Program-made: the position numbers and the translations under genes | Origin: an uncultured Gemmatimonadaceae bacterium | GTDB lineage: Bacteria; Gemmatimonadota; Gemmatimonadetes; Gemmatimonadales; Gemmatimonadaceae | Direction: 5' to 3' | NCBI GenBank assembly: GCA_963740355.1 | Contig: CAVUDW010000003.1 | Span: 2,240,001-2,304,000 of the forward strand | DNA length: 64,000 nucleotides | In this document: positions 39,080 through 50,261 of the stretch, one piece after another | Numbering within the stretch: position 1 is the first letter of the stretch | How the letters are laid out: every line of letters begins with the position of its first letter | Notes under the pieces: model-generated | Told to the model about the DNA's origin: nothing | What the model saw: the letters and a program-made list of their open reading frames with translations, nothing else | The model's database searches: none

Positions 39080-40681
39080 TCACCGGCGCCGCAACGCCCG
39101 TCCCGCCATCGCTCCCGTCAACTCGCCGTCGCGCACCGCCGCCGTCCCGTTCACGATCACCCAGCGCATACCCGTCGCCAGCTTCTTCGGCGCGAGATAG
39201 GTCGCCATGTCGCGAATCGTGCGCGGATCGAACAGGATCAGGTCCGCAAATGCGCCGGCGCGCAGCACGCCACGATCGACCAGCCCATACGTGGCGGCCA
39301 CCTGCGCCGACGATGCCTGCACCATTCGATTCATCGTTATCACATGGTCCGTCAGCACGTACTTCCGGATCTTTCGCGGATACGTGCCATACAGGCGCGG
39401 ATGGCCTTCCGACCCGTCCGAACTGGTCATCACGAACGGATCACGCATGAAGGTGGCGATGTCCCGTTCGGTCATGTTGAACGACGCCACACCCATGTCG
39501 CCGTGGCTGCGGATGATGCCCAGCGCCGCCTCCACCGCCGACAGCTTCGCCGCCGCCGCAACCTGCTTCAGCGTCCGACCCACATACCGCTGCGCACCGG
39601 CATTGCCCGACGTCAGCAGGATGGTGCTGTCGCCGCCGCGACGACGCAGGTTCTCGCGCATCGCCTCCAGCATTTTCGCACGTAGCTCGCCATCCGCGAT
39701 CCGCGCCAGCAACGAGTCGCGCCCACCCGCCTCGGCCCACCGGGGAAGCAATGCGGCGGTGAGAGCCGTGCCACTCGCCGTCCACGGATACTGGTCTGCC
39801 GTCACCTTGCAGCCACGTACCCGCGCCGCGCGCATGACGCCCAGCACACTGTCGGCCTTCCCCCACACATCGACGCCGAGGGCCTTGATGTGACCGATGT
39901 TCGTGGTGAGGCCGGACTCGCAACCGATACGGATCGCCTCGCGCACGGAATTCAGCAATCCGATGGAGTACGAGCTTTCGTCACGCTGGTGGGTGTCGTA
40001 CACGCCGCCGAACGGCTTGGCGGCCGACACGACGGCGATCACCTCGTCGGTGGTGGCGTAACTCTGTGGCGCGTAGAACAGCCCCGAACCGACACCGTAC
40101 GCCCCTTCGCGCATCGCTTGCGTGATCAGCGCGCGCATCGAGTCGATCTGGGCCGGTGTCGCGGCGGCTGACGACTTCCCCATCACCTGTTCGCGCACCG
40201 TCCCGAAGCCGGTCAGCGCGTAGGTATTGGTGCCAATGCCGGCCTGCTCTGATTCTGTCAACGTGCGTGCAACATCCAGCGGACCGCGCCCATCGGCGCC
40301 GAGAACGACGGTGGTGATACCCTGCATCAGCGAGCTGGCGTTCTGCCGCGCCGTGGCGTCGAGCTTCGGCAGCCCCTCGTAGGCATGTGTGTGCGGGTCG
40401 ATGAATCCCGGTGCCGCGATGAGACCACGCCCTTCGATCTGCGACAGCGCCTCGAGGCCAGCTGGCGCCGGTCCGACGAAGGCGATCCGATCGCCGCGGA
40501 TGCCGATGTCGGTCACGCGCGCACGCCCGCCCGAACCGTCGTACACCGTGGCACCTGTGATCAACACATCCACTGGCTCCGGCGCCAGGCGCGACGCAGG
40601 GACGGGTGGCAGTACCGCCGCTGCGCCCACTCCGAGCGCGAGGAGGGTTCGGCGCGACTGGCTGACGAGGCGAAGAGGCAT
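39080..40681 (-). CDS. N-acyl-D-amino-acid deacylase family amidohydrolase (exported)
   Basis: Motifs APGFIDPHTH, THQRDE, GHIK, DQYPW, SSDG and HPRLYGTYPR; Tat-like SRRTLL. Confidence 0.88.
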   Translation of the reverse strand: MPLRLVSQSRRTLLALGVGAAAVLPPVPASRLAPEPVDVLITGATVYDGSGGRARVTDIGIRGDRIAFVGPAPAGLEALSQIEGRGLIAAPGFIDPHTHAYEGLPKLDATARQNASSLMQGITTVVLGADGRGPLDVARTLTESEQAGIGTNTYALTGFGTVREQVMGKSSAAATPAQIDSMRALITQAMREGAYGVGSGLFYAPQSYATTDEVIAVVSAAKPFGGVYDTHQRDESSYSIGLLNSVREAIRIGCESGLTTNIGHIKALGVDVWGKADSVLGVMRAARVRGCKVTADQYPWTASGTALTAALLPRWAEAGGRDSLLARIADGELRAKMLEAMRENLRRRGGDSTILLTSGNAGAQRYVGRTLKQVAAAAKLSAVEAALGIIRSHGDMGVASFNMTERDIATFMRDPFVMTSSDGSEGHPRLYGTYPRKIRKYVLTDHVITMNRMVQASSAQVAATYGLVDRGVLRAGAFADLILFDPRTIRDMATYLAPKKLATGMRWVIVNGTAAVRDGELTGAMAGRALRRR

Positions 40682-40754
40682 GCGCAGAAGTTACAGTACG
40701 CTGAGCCAAACTCCGCTCTCCCCCTCGTGCCGATCCTGTATGCGCTGCCACACG

Positions 40755-41906
40755 ATGCTCCGACTCGTCCCCCTCGTACTTCTGCTACTGACCACACCGG
40801 CGCGTGCGCAGGATCGACCGCGCGCACGCGATCTCGGGATTGTCGTGGGGACGTTTTCGCCCGGGCCGAACAACGCGATCACCGACGTGGCGGGGGTGCG
40901 GGTCGGCCATCGCACGCTCATTCGTGGCGACAGCGTCCGCACTGGCGTGACGGTTGTCTTTCCGCACTCGGGCAACCCGTTCGAGAGTCGGGTGCCGGCC
41001 GCCGCGGTGGTCGGCAACGGCTTCGGCAAGTTCGTCGGCTACACACAAGTCACCGAGCTCGGTGAACTGGAAACACCGATCGCGCTCACCTGCACGCTGT
41101 GCGTGTGGCGCGTGGCCGAAGGCATGGCGAAGTGGATGCTGGAGCAGCCACGGATGCAGGGCGTCCGATCGATCAACCCGGTGGTCGGCGAAACCAACGA
41201 CGGCTGGGCACTGAACAACATCCGGTCGATTCCCGTGACGGAGTCGGATGTCCGCGCCGCGCTCGATGCCGCCACCACCGGCCCTGTGGCGGAGGGCGCC
41301 GTCGGTGCAGGCACTGGTACCGTGGCATTCGAGTGGAAAGGCGGCATCGGCACCAGCTCGCGCGTCATTCCGGGTGGACCATGGACCGTCGGCGTGCTGG
41401 TGCAGTCGAACTTCGGAAATGGGCGCGACCTGCTGATCAATGGCGCACCTGTCGGTCGTGAACTCGGTCGCAATGGTGTGAAGCCCAATCGTGGGCAGGG
41501 CGCCAGCGGCTCGATCGTAGTGATCGTGGCCACCGACGCCCCACTCTCCGATCGCAACCTGCGGCGCCTCGCCTCGCGCGCCCTGCTCGGCATCGGCCGC
41601 ACTGGTGGATATGCGGGCAACGGCTCGGGCGACTACGTCATCGCCTTTTCCACCAATCCATCCGTCCGTCGCAACGGTCGCATCGGATCCAGCGGTACGC
41701 CGCCAGACACGATCCAGTCCGCAGAACTCGGCAACGAGCGCGCGTCGATGCTCTTCGAGCCCACGGTGGACGCGACGGTGGAGGCGATCTACAACTCGTT
41801 GTTTCGCGCCACGACCATCAAGGGCGCCTGGTCCACGGTGGAAGCGATTCCGATTGATGAAGTGCGCGCGATCCTGGCCAAATATGGGATCGGTGTCCGG
41901 CGATAG
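40755..41906 (+). CDS. DmpA-like P1 (S58) family aminopeptidase
   Basis: Motifs NAITDVAGVRVGH, VVGETNDG, GAGTG and KGGIGTSSR; autoprocessing G-SIVV site. Confidence 0.9.
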   Translation: MLRLVPLVLLLLTTPARAQDRPRARDLGIVVGTFSPGPNNAITDVAGVRVGHRTLIRGDSVRTGVTVVFPHSGNPFESRVPAAAVVGNGFGKFVGYTQVTELGELETPIALTCTLCVWRVAEGMAKWMLEQPRMQGVRSINPVVGETNDGWALNNIRSIPVTESDVRAALDAATTGPVAEGAVGAGTGTVAFEWKGGIGTSSRVIPGGPWTVGVLVQSNFGNGRDLLINGAPVGRELGRNGVKPNRGQGASGSIVVIVATDAPLSDRNLRRLASRALLGIGRTGGYAGNGSGDYVIAFSTNPSVRRNGRIGSSGTPPDTIQSAELGNERASMLFEPTVDATVEAIYNSLFRATTIKGAWSTVEAIPIDEVRAILAKYGIGVRR

Positions 41907-41929
41907 CGGTCGCCGCCTCGCGCAGCACG

Positions 41930-42721
41930 TCAGACGGCAATGCGGGTGCCTTCGCCAATCGGTAGCCAGCGAAGGCAGTCACGCAGCGCCGCCGGCGCGG
42001 CGACGAAGGCGCGCTCCACCGCGTCGCGATGCTGCTGAAAATGGTGCCACCCTTCGTAGTGCACTGGCAGCAGCGTGGTTGGGTGCATCAGCTCCGCCAC
42101 GCGCACCGCATCGTCGGCAGTCATGGTATACCGGAGCGGGCCGCTGATGGGAAACTGCACGCCGCCGAGGTGCAGGAGCACCGTACCGACCTGCACGCGC
42201 TCCGCCACCTGGCGCACGCCGTCGTACCAGACGGTATCGCCAGAAATCCAGAGCGCGCCATGCTCCTGGCCGTCCCAGCGCAGAGCAAAGCCGATCACGT
42301 CACCCACGATTGGAGCACTCAGCGGTGGGCCGTGGCGGCAGGGTGTCGCCGTGATCTCCAGCGTGGGGCGATCACCGTGTGAGAGTCGCGTGCTGCTCCA
42401 CGGCGCGAGCCCCCGTGCGCTGCCACCCAGTCGCTCCGCCCCCACCACCGTCGTGAGCACGACGCCGGCCCGCGGTAGCATTGCGCGGCCGGCGTCGTCG
42501 AGATTATCCGCATGCTGGTCGTGACTCAGCAGCACGGCGTCGATCGTCGGAAGATCGCGCACCGAAATCGCCGGCCCCGCGGTCTTGCGTGACCCGGTAC
42601 CGTACCCGAAACCGTATTTCCGACCCGGTGGATCGAACGTCGGGTCGGTCAACAGGCACCAACCATCGACTTCGATCAGTACTGTCGGACCGCCAATGTG
42701 CGTGATGCGAATGTCGCTCAA
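41930..42721 (-). CDS. MBL-fold metallo-hydrolase
   Basis: Motifs LLTDPTFD, SHDQHADNLD, PCRHG, SGDT and PVHYEGW; TTG start. Confidence 0.88.
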   Translation of the reverse strand: MSDIRITHIGGPTVLIEVDGWCLLTDPTFDPPGRKYGFGYGTGSRKTAGPAISVRDLPTIDAVLLSHDQHADNLDDAGRAMLPRAGVVLTTVVGAERLGGSARGLAPWSSTRLSHGDRPTLEITATPCRHGPPLSAPIVGDVIGFALRWDGQEHGALWISGDTVWYDGVRQVAERVQVGTVLLHLGGVQFPISGPLRYTMTADDAVRVAELMHPTTLLPVHYEGWHHFQQHRDAVERAFVAAPAALRDCLRWLPIGEGTRIAV

Positions 42722-42725
42722 TGCG

Positions 42726-43556
42726 CTACCGCACTGCCACAGGCTGCATTCGCGCATGCTGTAGCGCCCATGACAAAGCGTAATCCGCCACTTCTTCCCA
42801 CCCGTCCTGCGCCGGCATCAGGTGCGCCCGGCCCGGATACTCGACGATCTCGGTCAGCGTGTTCGACTTGTAGTGCTTTGCGTTCGAGCGCTGAACCGAC
42901 GGCGGCATCAGGTTGTCCGATTCGCCGGAGATGAACAACAGCGGCGCCCGATTGTCGTTGTGGTAGTCCACCCACGAGCCCTGGTGTCCCGGCGTCAGGT
43001 TCGCGAGGGCACTCTCGAAGAAGATCGGCCCTGATGCGGGCACGTGATAACGCTCGTACAGGCGCCGCGATTCGTCATCGCTGAAGGTGTTGGTGAAGGC
43101 GTATTGCCATTGCTCATAGCTCAGCGCCACCGCCTTGTGGCGGTTCGATGGATGACTGAGCACTGGGAAGGTGGCCTTGAGCTGCGTCAGCGGCAGCACG
43201 GCGACTCCTTCCGTGGGCGCCGAGTTGATCGCGACGCCACAGGCTCCAAACCCGTGGTCGAGCAGCACCTGCGTGAACACCCCGCCGGCCGAATGTCCCA
43301 TCAGGATCGGCGGCGCATCGAGCTCGCGCACGATGCCTTCCAGCTTCTCGATGATCTGCGGCACCGTCACCCGTTCGATCGGCGTCGTATCGGCGTTCAG
43401 GGACTCGACCTCCACCTCGAAGCCAGGATAGGCGGGCGCGAGCACGCGATATCCCTTCGCCTCGTAGTGCGTGATCCAGTGCCCCCAGCTTCGTGGTGTG
43501 ACCCAGAAGCCATGAATGAGGATGATCGTGTCGGGCGTTGATGCGCTGTGACTAAT
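42726..43556 (-). CDS. Alpha/beta hydrolase (putative ATT start)
   Basis: Motifs TIILIHGFW, GHSAGG, GESD and RAH. The frame is open upstream of the track start up to an in-frame TAA, with no ATG/GTG/TTG. Confidence 0.85.
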   Translation of the reverse strand: MSHSASTPDTIILIHGFWVTPRSWGHWITHYEAKGYRVLAPAYPGFEVEVESLNADTTPIERVTVPQIIEKLEGIVRELDAPPILMGHSAGGVFTQVLLDHGFGACGVAINSAPTEGVAVLPLTQLKATFPVLSHPSNRHKAVALSYEQWQYAFTNTFSDDESRRLYERYHVPASGPIFFESALANLTPGHQGSWVDYHNDNRAPLLFISGESDNLMPPSVQRSNAKHYKSNTLTEIVEYPGRAHLMPAQDGWEEVADYALSWALQHARMQPVAVR

Positions 43557-43631
43557 GCTGTGTGCCTCGATGAATTACAATGGGTGAGACGCAACCTCGA
43601 CGACGCGCCGAGTGTCGCAATTGACGCGAAA

Positions 43632-44492
43632 TCACTCCGCCGTGATGAACTCCAGCAGGTCGCGCGAGAGCTGCACCTTGTGTGTGTCGGTGATGCCGTG
43701 CGGCGCACCGGCGTACACCTTGAGCGCCGCGCCCTTGATGCGCGCCGCGCTCGCCTTGCCACCCACGGCGAATGGCACCACCTGGTCGTCGTCGCCATGA
43801 ATCACCAGAGTCGGTACGTCGAACGCGTCGAGGTCGGGGCGGAAATCGGTGGCAGAGAATGCCTCGATGCACTCCAGTGCATTCCGATGGCCTGACTGCA
43901 TGCCCTGCAGCCAGAAGGCATCCTTCATCCCGCGCGACACCGTAGCGCCAGGGCGATTGGCGCCGAAGAACGGCCCGTCGGCGAGATCGTGGTAGAGTTG
44001 CGAACGGTCGGCTTGCGAACCCGCGCGAATGCCATCGAACACCGCCAGCGGCACACCATCCGGATTGTCCGCGGTCTGCAGCATGAACGGAGGCACAGCG
44101 GAAACGAGCACGGCTTTCGCGACGCGGGCCGTGCCGTGCCGGCCGATGTACCGCGCCACTTCCCCACCCCCTGTGGAGAATCCAACCATCGTGATGTCGC
44201 GCAGGTCGAGCGCCTCGATCAGCGTGGCAAGGTCATCGGCATACGTGTTCATGTCGTTGCCGGACCACGACTGGGTGGAGCGGCCATGCCCGCGTCGATC
44301 GTGCGCAATGCAACGGCAGCCGTTGGAGGAAAGGAACAACATCTGCGCCTCCCAGCTGTCCGAGCTCAACGGCCAGCCGTGCGACAGCACCACGGGTCGC
44401 CCGGCTCCCCAGTCCTTGAAATAGATCTGCGTGCCGTCCTTCATCGTGACAGTCGACGCTGAACGCTCCAGCTCGATGGCTTTGCCTGACAT
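43632..44492 (-). CDS. Non-heme chloroperoxidase-like alpha/beta hydrolase
   Basis: Motifs [31 protein letters not shown] and GAPHG. Confidence 0.92.
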   Translation of the reverse strand: MSGKAIELERSASTVTMKDGTQIYFKDWGAGRPVVLSHGWPLSSDSWEAQMLFLSSNGCRCIAHDRRGHGRSTQSWSGNDMNTYADDLATLIEALDLRDITMVGFSTGGGEVARYIGRHGTARVAKAVLVSAVPPFMLQTADNPDGVPLAVFDGIRAGSQADRSQLYHDLADGPFFGANRPGATVSRGMKDAFWLQGMQSGHRNALECIEAFSATDFRPDLDAFDVPTLVIHGDDDQVVPFAVGGKASAARIKGAALKVYAGAPHGITDTHKVQLSRDLLEFITAE

Positions 44493-44646
44493 GCTGTAGT
44501 CCTCATCGCAGTGGAAATGGCCCTGACCCCTGCAACAAGACTCCCTGATATATCGCCGTCGCGAATCGATCCAGCGACGAGTCTTCTCCTACGTCGATGG
44601 GCGTAGGCGTTGTAAATCGACTTCCACGCTGACATACCTTGCCTCC

Positions 44647-45279
44647 ATGCCAGCCGACGATGCGATCACTGTCCTCGCCGTTGACGACCATCCGCTGATT
44701 CGCGCGGGACTGTCTGCCATCATTGCAACACAGTCCGACATGCGCCTTGTCGCCGAAGCGGCCGACGGAACGGCGGCGCTCGCAGCGTACCGCGAGTTTC
44801 GCCCACGCATCGTGCTGATGGACCTCCGCATGCCGAGCATGGACGGCATCACGGCGCTGACGAAGATTCGCGAGGAGTTTCCCGACGCCCGCATCATCGC
44901 GCTCACCTCGTACGATGGCGATGAGGACATCCATCGCGCGCTGGCCGCCGGTGCCATGGGGTACCTGCTGAAGGACATGCTCCGCAGCCAGCTGCTCGAG
45001 ACGATTCGAAGCGTGCATCGTGGAGTGCGCGTGATTCCGCCTGCAGTGGCTGCGCACCTCGCCGAGCACCTGCCGCGACAGCCACTCACCGCCCGTGAAG
45101 TGGAAGTCCTCGAACTCATTGCACAGGGACGAAGCAACCCGCAGATCGCGGCGCGCCTTGGCCGGGCCGAAAGTACGATGAAGGTGCATGTGCGCAGCAT
45201 CCTCCGAAAGCTGGGCACCGATGATCGCACGGAAGCCGTCATGATTGCGGCGCGCCGCGGAATCATCCGGCCATTCTGA
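44647..45279 (+). CDS. NarL/LuxR family response regulator
   Basis: Motifs VDDHPLIR, LMDLRMP, GYLLK and LTAREVEVL...HVRSILRKL. Confidence 0.95.
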   Translation: MPADDAITVLAVDDHPLIRAGLSAIIATQSDMRLVAEAADGTAALAAYREFRPRIVLMDLRMPSMDGITALTKIREEFPDARIIALTSYDGDEDIHRALAAGAMGYLLKDMLRSQLLETIRSVHRGVRVIPPAVAAHLAEHLPRQPLTAREVEVLELIAQGRSNPQIAARLGRAESTMKVHVRSILRKLGTDDRTEAVMIAARRGIIRPF

Positions 45280-45286
45280 GTCGCTG

Positions 45287-48200
45287 TTGCGCCGATCATC
45301 GCTCGTTCGCACAGTGTTCATCGCACTCTGCTTCGCACTCGGTAGTGTTGCCGATGCAGTGACTGCGCCATTGCCGCAGCCAACGGGAGCGGGGGCAACG
45401 ATGCCACGTTCAGTCCCGCCGCGACGCCTCATCCACTTGCAGCACACGGCCTGGGGTGAGGAGGCCGGGATTCCCGTGGCGGGAATCTCGTTCCTGCAGC
45501 GCTCCGGCGATGGCTATCTCTGGCTCGGCACGGTGGATGGGCTGTTGCGCTTCGACGGCGTTCGTTTCGTCATGGTCGATGGTTCACGGGTGCCGGCACT
45601 ACGCAGCAGCGTCGCAGGTCCAATGGAACCGGTCGGTGTCGACCGTCGGGGCGCACTCTGGATTCACCGACGCGACGGCGCGCTGGTGGAGTACTTCAAC
45701 GGTGCGTTTCGCATCGCGCTTGGCCCCGATACCACGCGAAGCTGGCTCGGGGCATCGACCTTCGGCGGCGACGGAACGTTATGGGTGAACGCACGCGGGC
45801 TGGTTGCCGTGCGACACGGCCAACGTGTACGGCTGAGCCCTCCGCGCGAGTTGCAGGGCACGGCATCGATGGGTATCGCCGCGGATACAGGCGCTGGCGT
45901 GTGGGTGGGCACACGATCGGGTCAACTCTGGCACGTCACGGAACGCGTCGCGACACAGGTCGAATACGTCAGTGAATCCGGCGATGGCATTCGTCCGCTG
46001 CTGCAATCGCGCGATGGTGCACTCTGGCTGCTCGATCACGGCATCGTGCGATGGAAGGACGGCGTGCGCACGCGTGTCATGGTACCGGGAACAGCCGTCA
46101 TCCCCACCGGGACATGGGGCGAAGAACTTCCCGATGGATCGGTGATCATCGGCACCCGCGGCCACGGCGTGCTTCGGTGGTCGAACGGCATCGTGGATCA
46201 GTTTTCGGTCGCCGAGGGGTTGTCGAATGCCATCGTGCGCGCATTGCTCGTCGACCGTGACGGCACCATCTGGCTCACCACCGATGCGGGGCTCGACCGC
46301 TTGCGCCGCACCCCATTCGTCACGCTCGGCGCCCGCGATGGCCTGACGACGAACTACCTCGGCGCCGTCATCAGCGATGCTGGCGGTGGCGTGTGGATCG
46401 ACGAGTACTCGACCCGTCGCACCTACCTGGTCGACTCGGGGCCCGTGCGGCAGCGCGATGGGCCACTCGCCATTTCGCAGGCCGTCCGCCCCCGGGCCGA
46501 TGGCGACATCCATGTCACCGTCGCACCGGCGCGCGGCGGGGGTGCCTACCAGTACGACTACCGCGGACACCTGCTGCTCGCCAGGAAGGATCGGAGCACA
46601 GTCATCGAGGCGAGAGGGTTGCCTCGCTTGCGCCCTCGCGCCGTCTACGAGACTCGGGCCGGCGACATCTGGATCGGGTTCGACAGGGGACAGATTGGCG
46701 TCCTTCGCAATGGGGTGTACGCCGAATTGCGCGGCTTTACACGCGCGGGCAGAGCCAGGGCAACGGCAATCACCGAGGATGCGCGGCACCACATCTGGAT
46801 CACCACCCGCGATCCTGGCCTGCTCGTGGAGGTCGTTGGTGATAGTGTGCGCCGCCAGTTCGCGCCGGCGGAGAACGCGTCGGCCGTCCTCAAGAATCCG
46901 CTCGTCGATCAGGGCGACACGATCTGGATGGCAACCGGTGACAGGCTGCTCCGCCTGGCGAACGACACCCTGGTCGTGGCGCATCTCCCAGGACTGGTTG
47001 CGGCAATGCGCGACCCCTCGTACTCCATGCTGATCGCCGCGAAGCATCTCTGGGTCTGCAGCGCACTCGGGATCGGGCGTATTTCAATGACGGCACTGAA
47101 CCGGATTGCGGACGGCGACAGTGCGGCCACCGCACCGTTGCAGTGGTTCGGGCAGTCGGATGGCCTGCCGATGGCGAAGGGCACCATCATGAATGCACAG
47201 GCCTGCACCACGGGACCGGACGCGCGACTCTGGTTCAGCACTCCCGTTGGCGTGGCAGTGCTCGATCCCGCCAGTCTCGCCGATCCAGCACCACCACCCC
47301 GCGTGCACATCGAGGAAGTCATCGCTGACGGCAAACCGCTCGCGATCGATCCGGTGCTGCGCATTCCACCCAACCCCGAACGCGTGGAGTTCAAGTTCAC
47401 GGCCACCGAGCTCCGCCTGCCGGAGCGCACCAATTTGCAGTATCGACTCGACGGCGCAGATGGTGTGTGGATCGATGTGCGCGGTGCTCGCAGCGCCACG
47501 TACACGCAACTGCGTCCTGGGAAATACCAGTTTCGCGTACGGGCCTGGCTGGACGGTGGTGCACCGGGGAGCGCCGTGACACTCGCGTTGCGTGTGCTGC
47601 CGGCATGGTATCAGTCATGGTGGTTTGCACTTCCTGGTCGCGGCGGCCGCCGGCGGAGCGGCAGTCCTCGCTGCCATCTCGATGCTGCGCGCCAGGACGC
47701 GACGACTGGCCGAACGGCTGCAGGCTCGGTTCGACGCGGAGACTGCGGAGCGCAGCCGCATTGCCCGTGACCTGCACGACACGGTGCTTCAGGGCTTCAC
47801 CGGCATTACGATGCAGCTGCAGGCGGTGCGCGAGACGATGCTGCACTCGCCAGCGACAGCGGCCGCCACCATGGACCGCGTCCTCACATCGGCCGACGCC
47901 GCGCTCCGTGAAGCACGGTTGATCGTGTTCGACTTGCGCGCGCCGGAGTTGGAGGCGATGGACCTGCCGACGGCGCTCGAAAGCGCCGCTCGTACGTTGA
48001 TCGATGGCACGCCGCTGACCGTCCAGATGACGGTCACCGGCCAGCGACGCCGACTGCCCCTGGAACGCGAGACGGCTGTGCTGCGCGTCGGCAAGGAAGC
48101 GGTGGCCAACATCGTCAAGCATGCCAATGCCGAGCGAGTCACCATCACGTTTCACTACGCGCCAGATACCGTTTCGCTCGTCGTCGAGGACGACGGTCAG

Positions 48201-48356
48201 GGGCTTGGCGACAGCGCGTCATCCGACCGACAACCTACGCATGGCTGGGGCATCGTCGGCATGCGCGAACGCGCCACGCGACTCGGCGGGACCCTCGACA
48301 TCAGCGCGATCGCCGAGGGCGGTGTTCGTGTCACCTTGTGCCTGCCGACGACCTGA
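45287..48356 (+). pseudogene. Beta-propeller (Reg_prop) + Y_Y_Y + HisKA_3 sensor kinase, split by a +1 frameshift near 47632
   Basis: The sensor frame runs to ...PAWYQSWWFAL. The TM helix and kinase (ERSRIARDLHDTVLQ, EAVANIVKHA, GIVGMRER) continue in the +1 frame. May be a sequencing error in an intact gene. Confidence 0.85.
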
Positions 48357-48391
48357 GTGCGGAATCGCCGGCTGCACCGTGGAGCGACGGA

Positions 48392-50045
48392 CTACGGCTT
48401 CGTCACCCACGGTTCACGCACGACATCCATCGGCATGTCCTTCTTCGCCTCGCGCACGATCCGCTCCACGTCACGCATCAGGTTCGCGTTCTCGATCACC
48501 ACACCATCCTTGATCGTGTGCACGATGCCACGCGTGCGACGCACCGTGCCGTCGGGATTCCGCACCAGGTCGCCGAACGCATACAGCAGCTTGAGGTTCG
48601 CGGCCGGATTGCCATCCACGATCAGCAGGTCGGCCAGGTAGCCCTGCCGCACGAGGCCGAGCTTCGGCACGCCGAGCGTGTTGGCGCTCGACAGTGTGGC
48701 GGCCTTCAACACCTCGAGGTTGTGCATGCCGGTTTCGCGCATCAGTTGCGCCTCGCGCACCGTGCTGAAGCCCGGCGTGGCCCAGATGTAGTTGTCGTCG
48801 GTGCCGAACGCCACGCGACCGCCGCGCTTGTTGAAGGCGAAGATCAGGTCACCCCACAGCCGGTACGCCTGCGTCCAGGTGTATTCGTCGTCCGAGGTCC
48901 AGTCGGCGTGATACGCACCATGGTTGGCAGGATTCGGCAGGTTCCAGTTCCAGAGTGCCGGATGTGTGTACTTCTCATGCCACGGCAGGCTCATCGCGCG
49001 CACCGCATCACGATTCGCTTCGTATACCACGCGCGTCGGCAGCATCGTCACGCCACACTTCACCAGCGAATCGGCGACGGCGCCAAGCAGCCGATCACGA
49101 TCGGCTTCCAGCCACACCTTGCCGGCATACCGAAAACGCTGGTTCTCGTTGCCGAAGCTGTATTCCGGGCCGAAGTCCTGCACACTCCGGTTGAGCGCTG
49201 ACTCCGCATACCCGTAGTGATGCTCGATCATCGTCACGCCGGCGCACGCCGCCTGCACGGCATTCACCACCGCTGTGGTCGACGGCGGAATGTGGAAGCT
49301 GGTGATCATGCCATTCGGCTTCGCCGCCGCGGCAATCGCCTTCACCAGGTCGAGGCTCCAGCCGTTGGAGTCCATCGAGATCACGCGCAGACCACGCGCC
49401 GCCATCGCCTTCGCCACTTCGGGCGCACGCGACGGATCATCGATCTCGGCCCGCGAGAACCGCGTGCCACCGCCCCAGCTCACGAGCGGATACAGCCGCG
49501 GCGCCAGCACCTTGTTCTGCCGCGAGAGATCGGCCTGCGTGATCGCGCTGTCCACCCCACGATCGCTGGCCGGCACCATCGTCGTCACACCCATCGCCAG
49601 CTTCAGGTAGTAGACGTACGACAAGCGGCATCGGCTGCGTCCGGATGTGGGTGTGCAGGTCGAACATCCCCGGCATCACATACATCCCCGTGGCGTCGAT
49701 CACCCGGTCGCCCGTCGGGCGCTCGATGCGACCGCGCCGCTCGGCGGTGACCGGATCGAAGGCGATCATCTCCGTGATCATGTTCCCCTCGATCACGATG
49801 TCGTACGGCCCCGCCGGCGGGCCGCCATGGCCCGGAATCACCATCGCGCCACGAATCACGAGGCGCTTGTACGGCCCGGCGGCGAGGTCGCCGAAGTTGA
49901 CTGGCGTGATGGTCGCAGCAGCAGTCGATGGCGATTGCGCCGTCGCAACAGCGGGCGCCATCCCACTGAAGGCCAGCGCCCTCACGGCGACTCGAAGCAG
50001 CTGCGACGATGCAAGTCGGCGGGGGAGGCCGGCAAGTCTGGGCAT
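48392..50045 (-). pseudogene. Secreted amidohydrolase, split by a +1 frameshift near 49623
   Basis: The N-terminal part ends ...MPGMFDLHTHIRTQPMPL. The continuation SYVYYLKLAMG...FGTD...GYLADLLIVDGNP is in another frame. Confidence 0.85.
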
Positions 50046-50261
50046 GTGGTTCCGGGACGTGGGAGGAGCACGGGTGGTCGACGCCGATCCAACGGGCGAC
50101 ACCTCGCAGACGTTGCGACGCACCCGGCTGATATATCGGACAGGCGCTTCGGGTGTACCGGCGATACTATCAGCTAATCTCAGGTCGATACCCGGCTCGG
50201 AACCGCGAGTCTTGCTGCAGCACCCGGGACCACAGCCAGCACGTCGAACCCTGGAGCCGCG

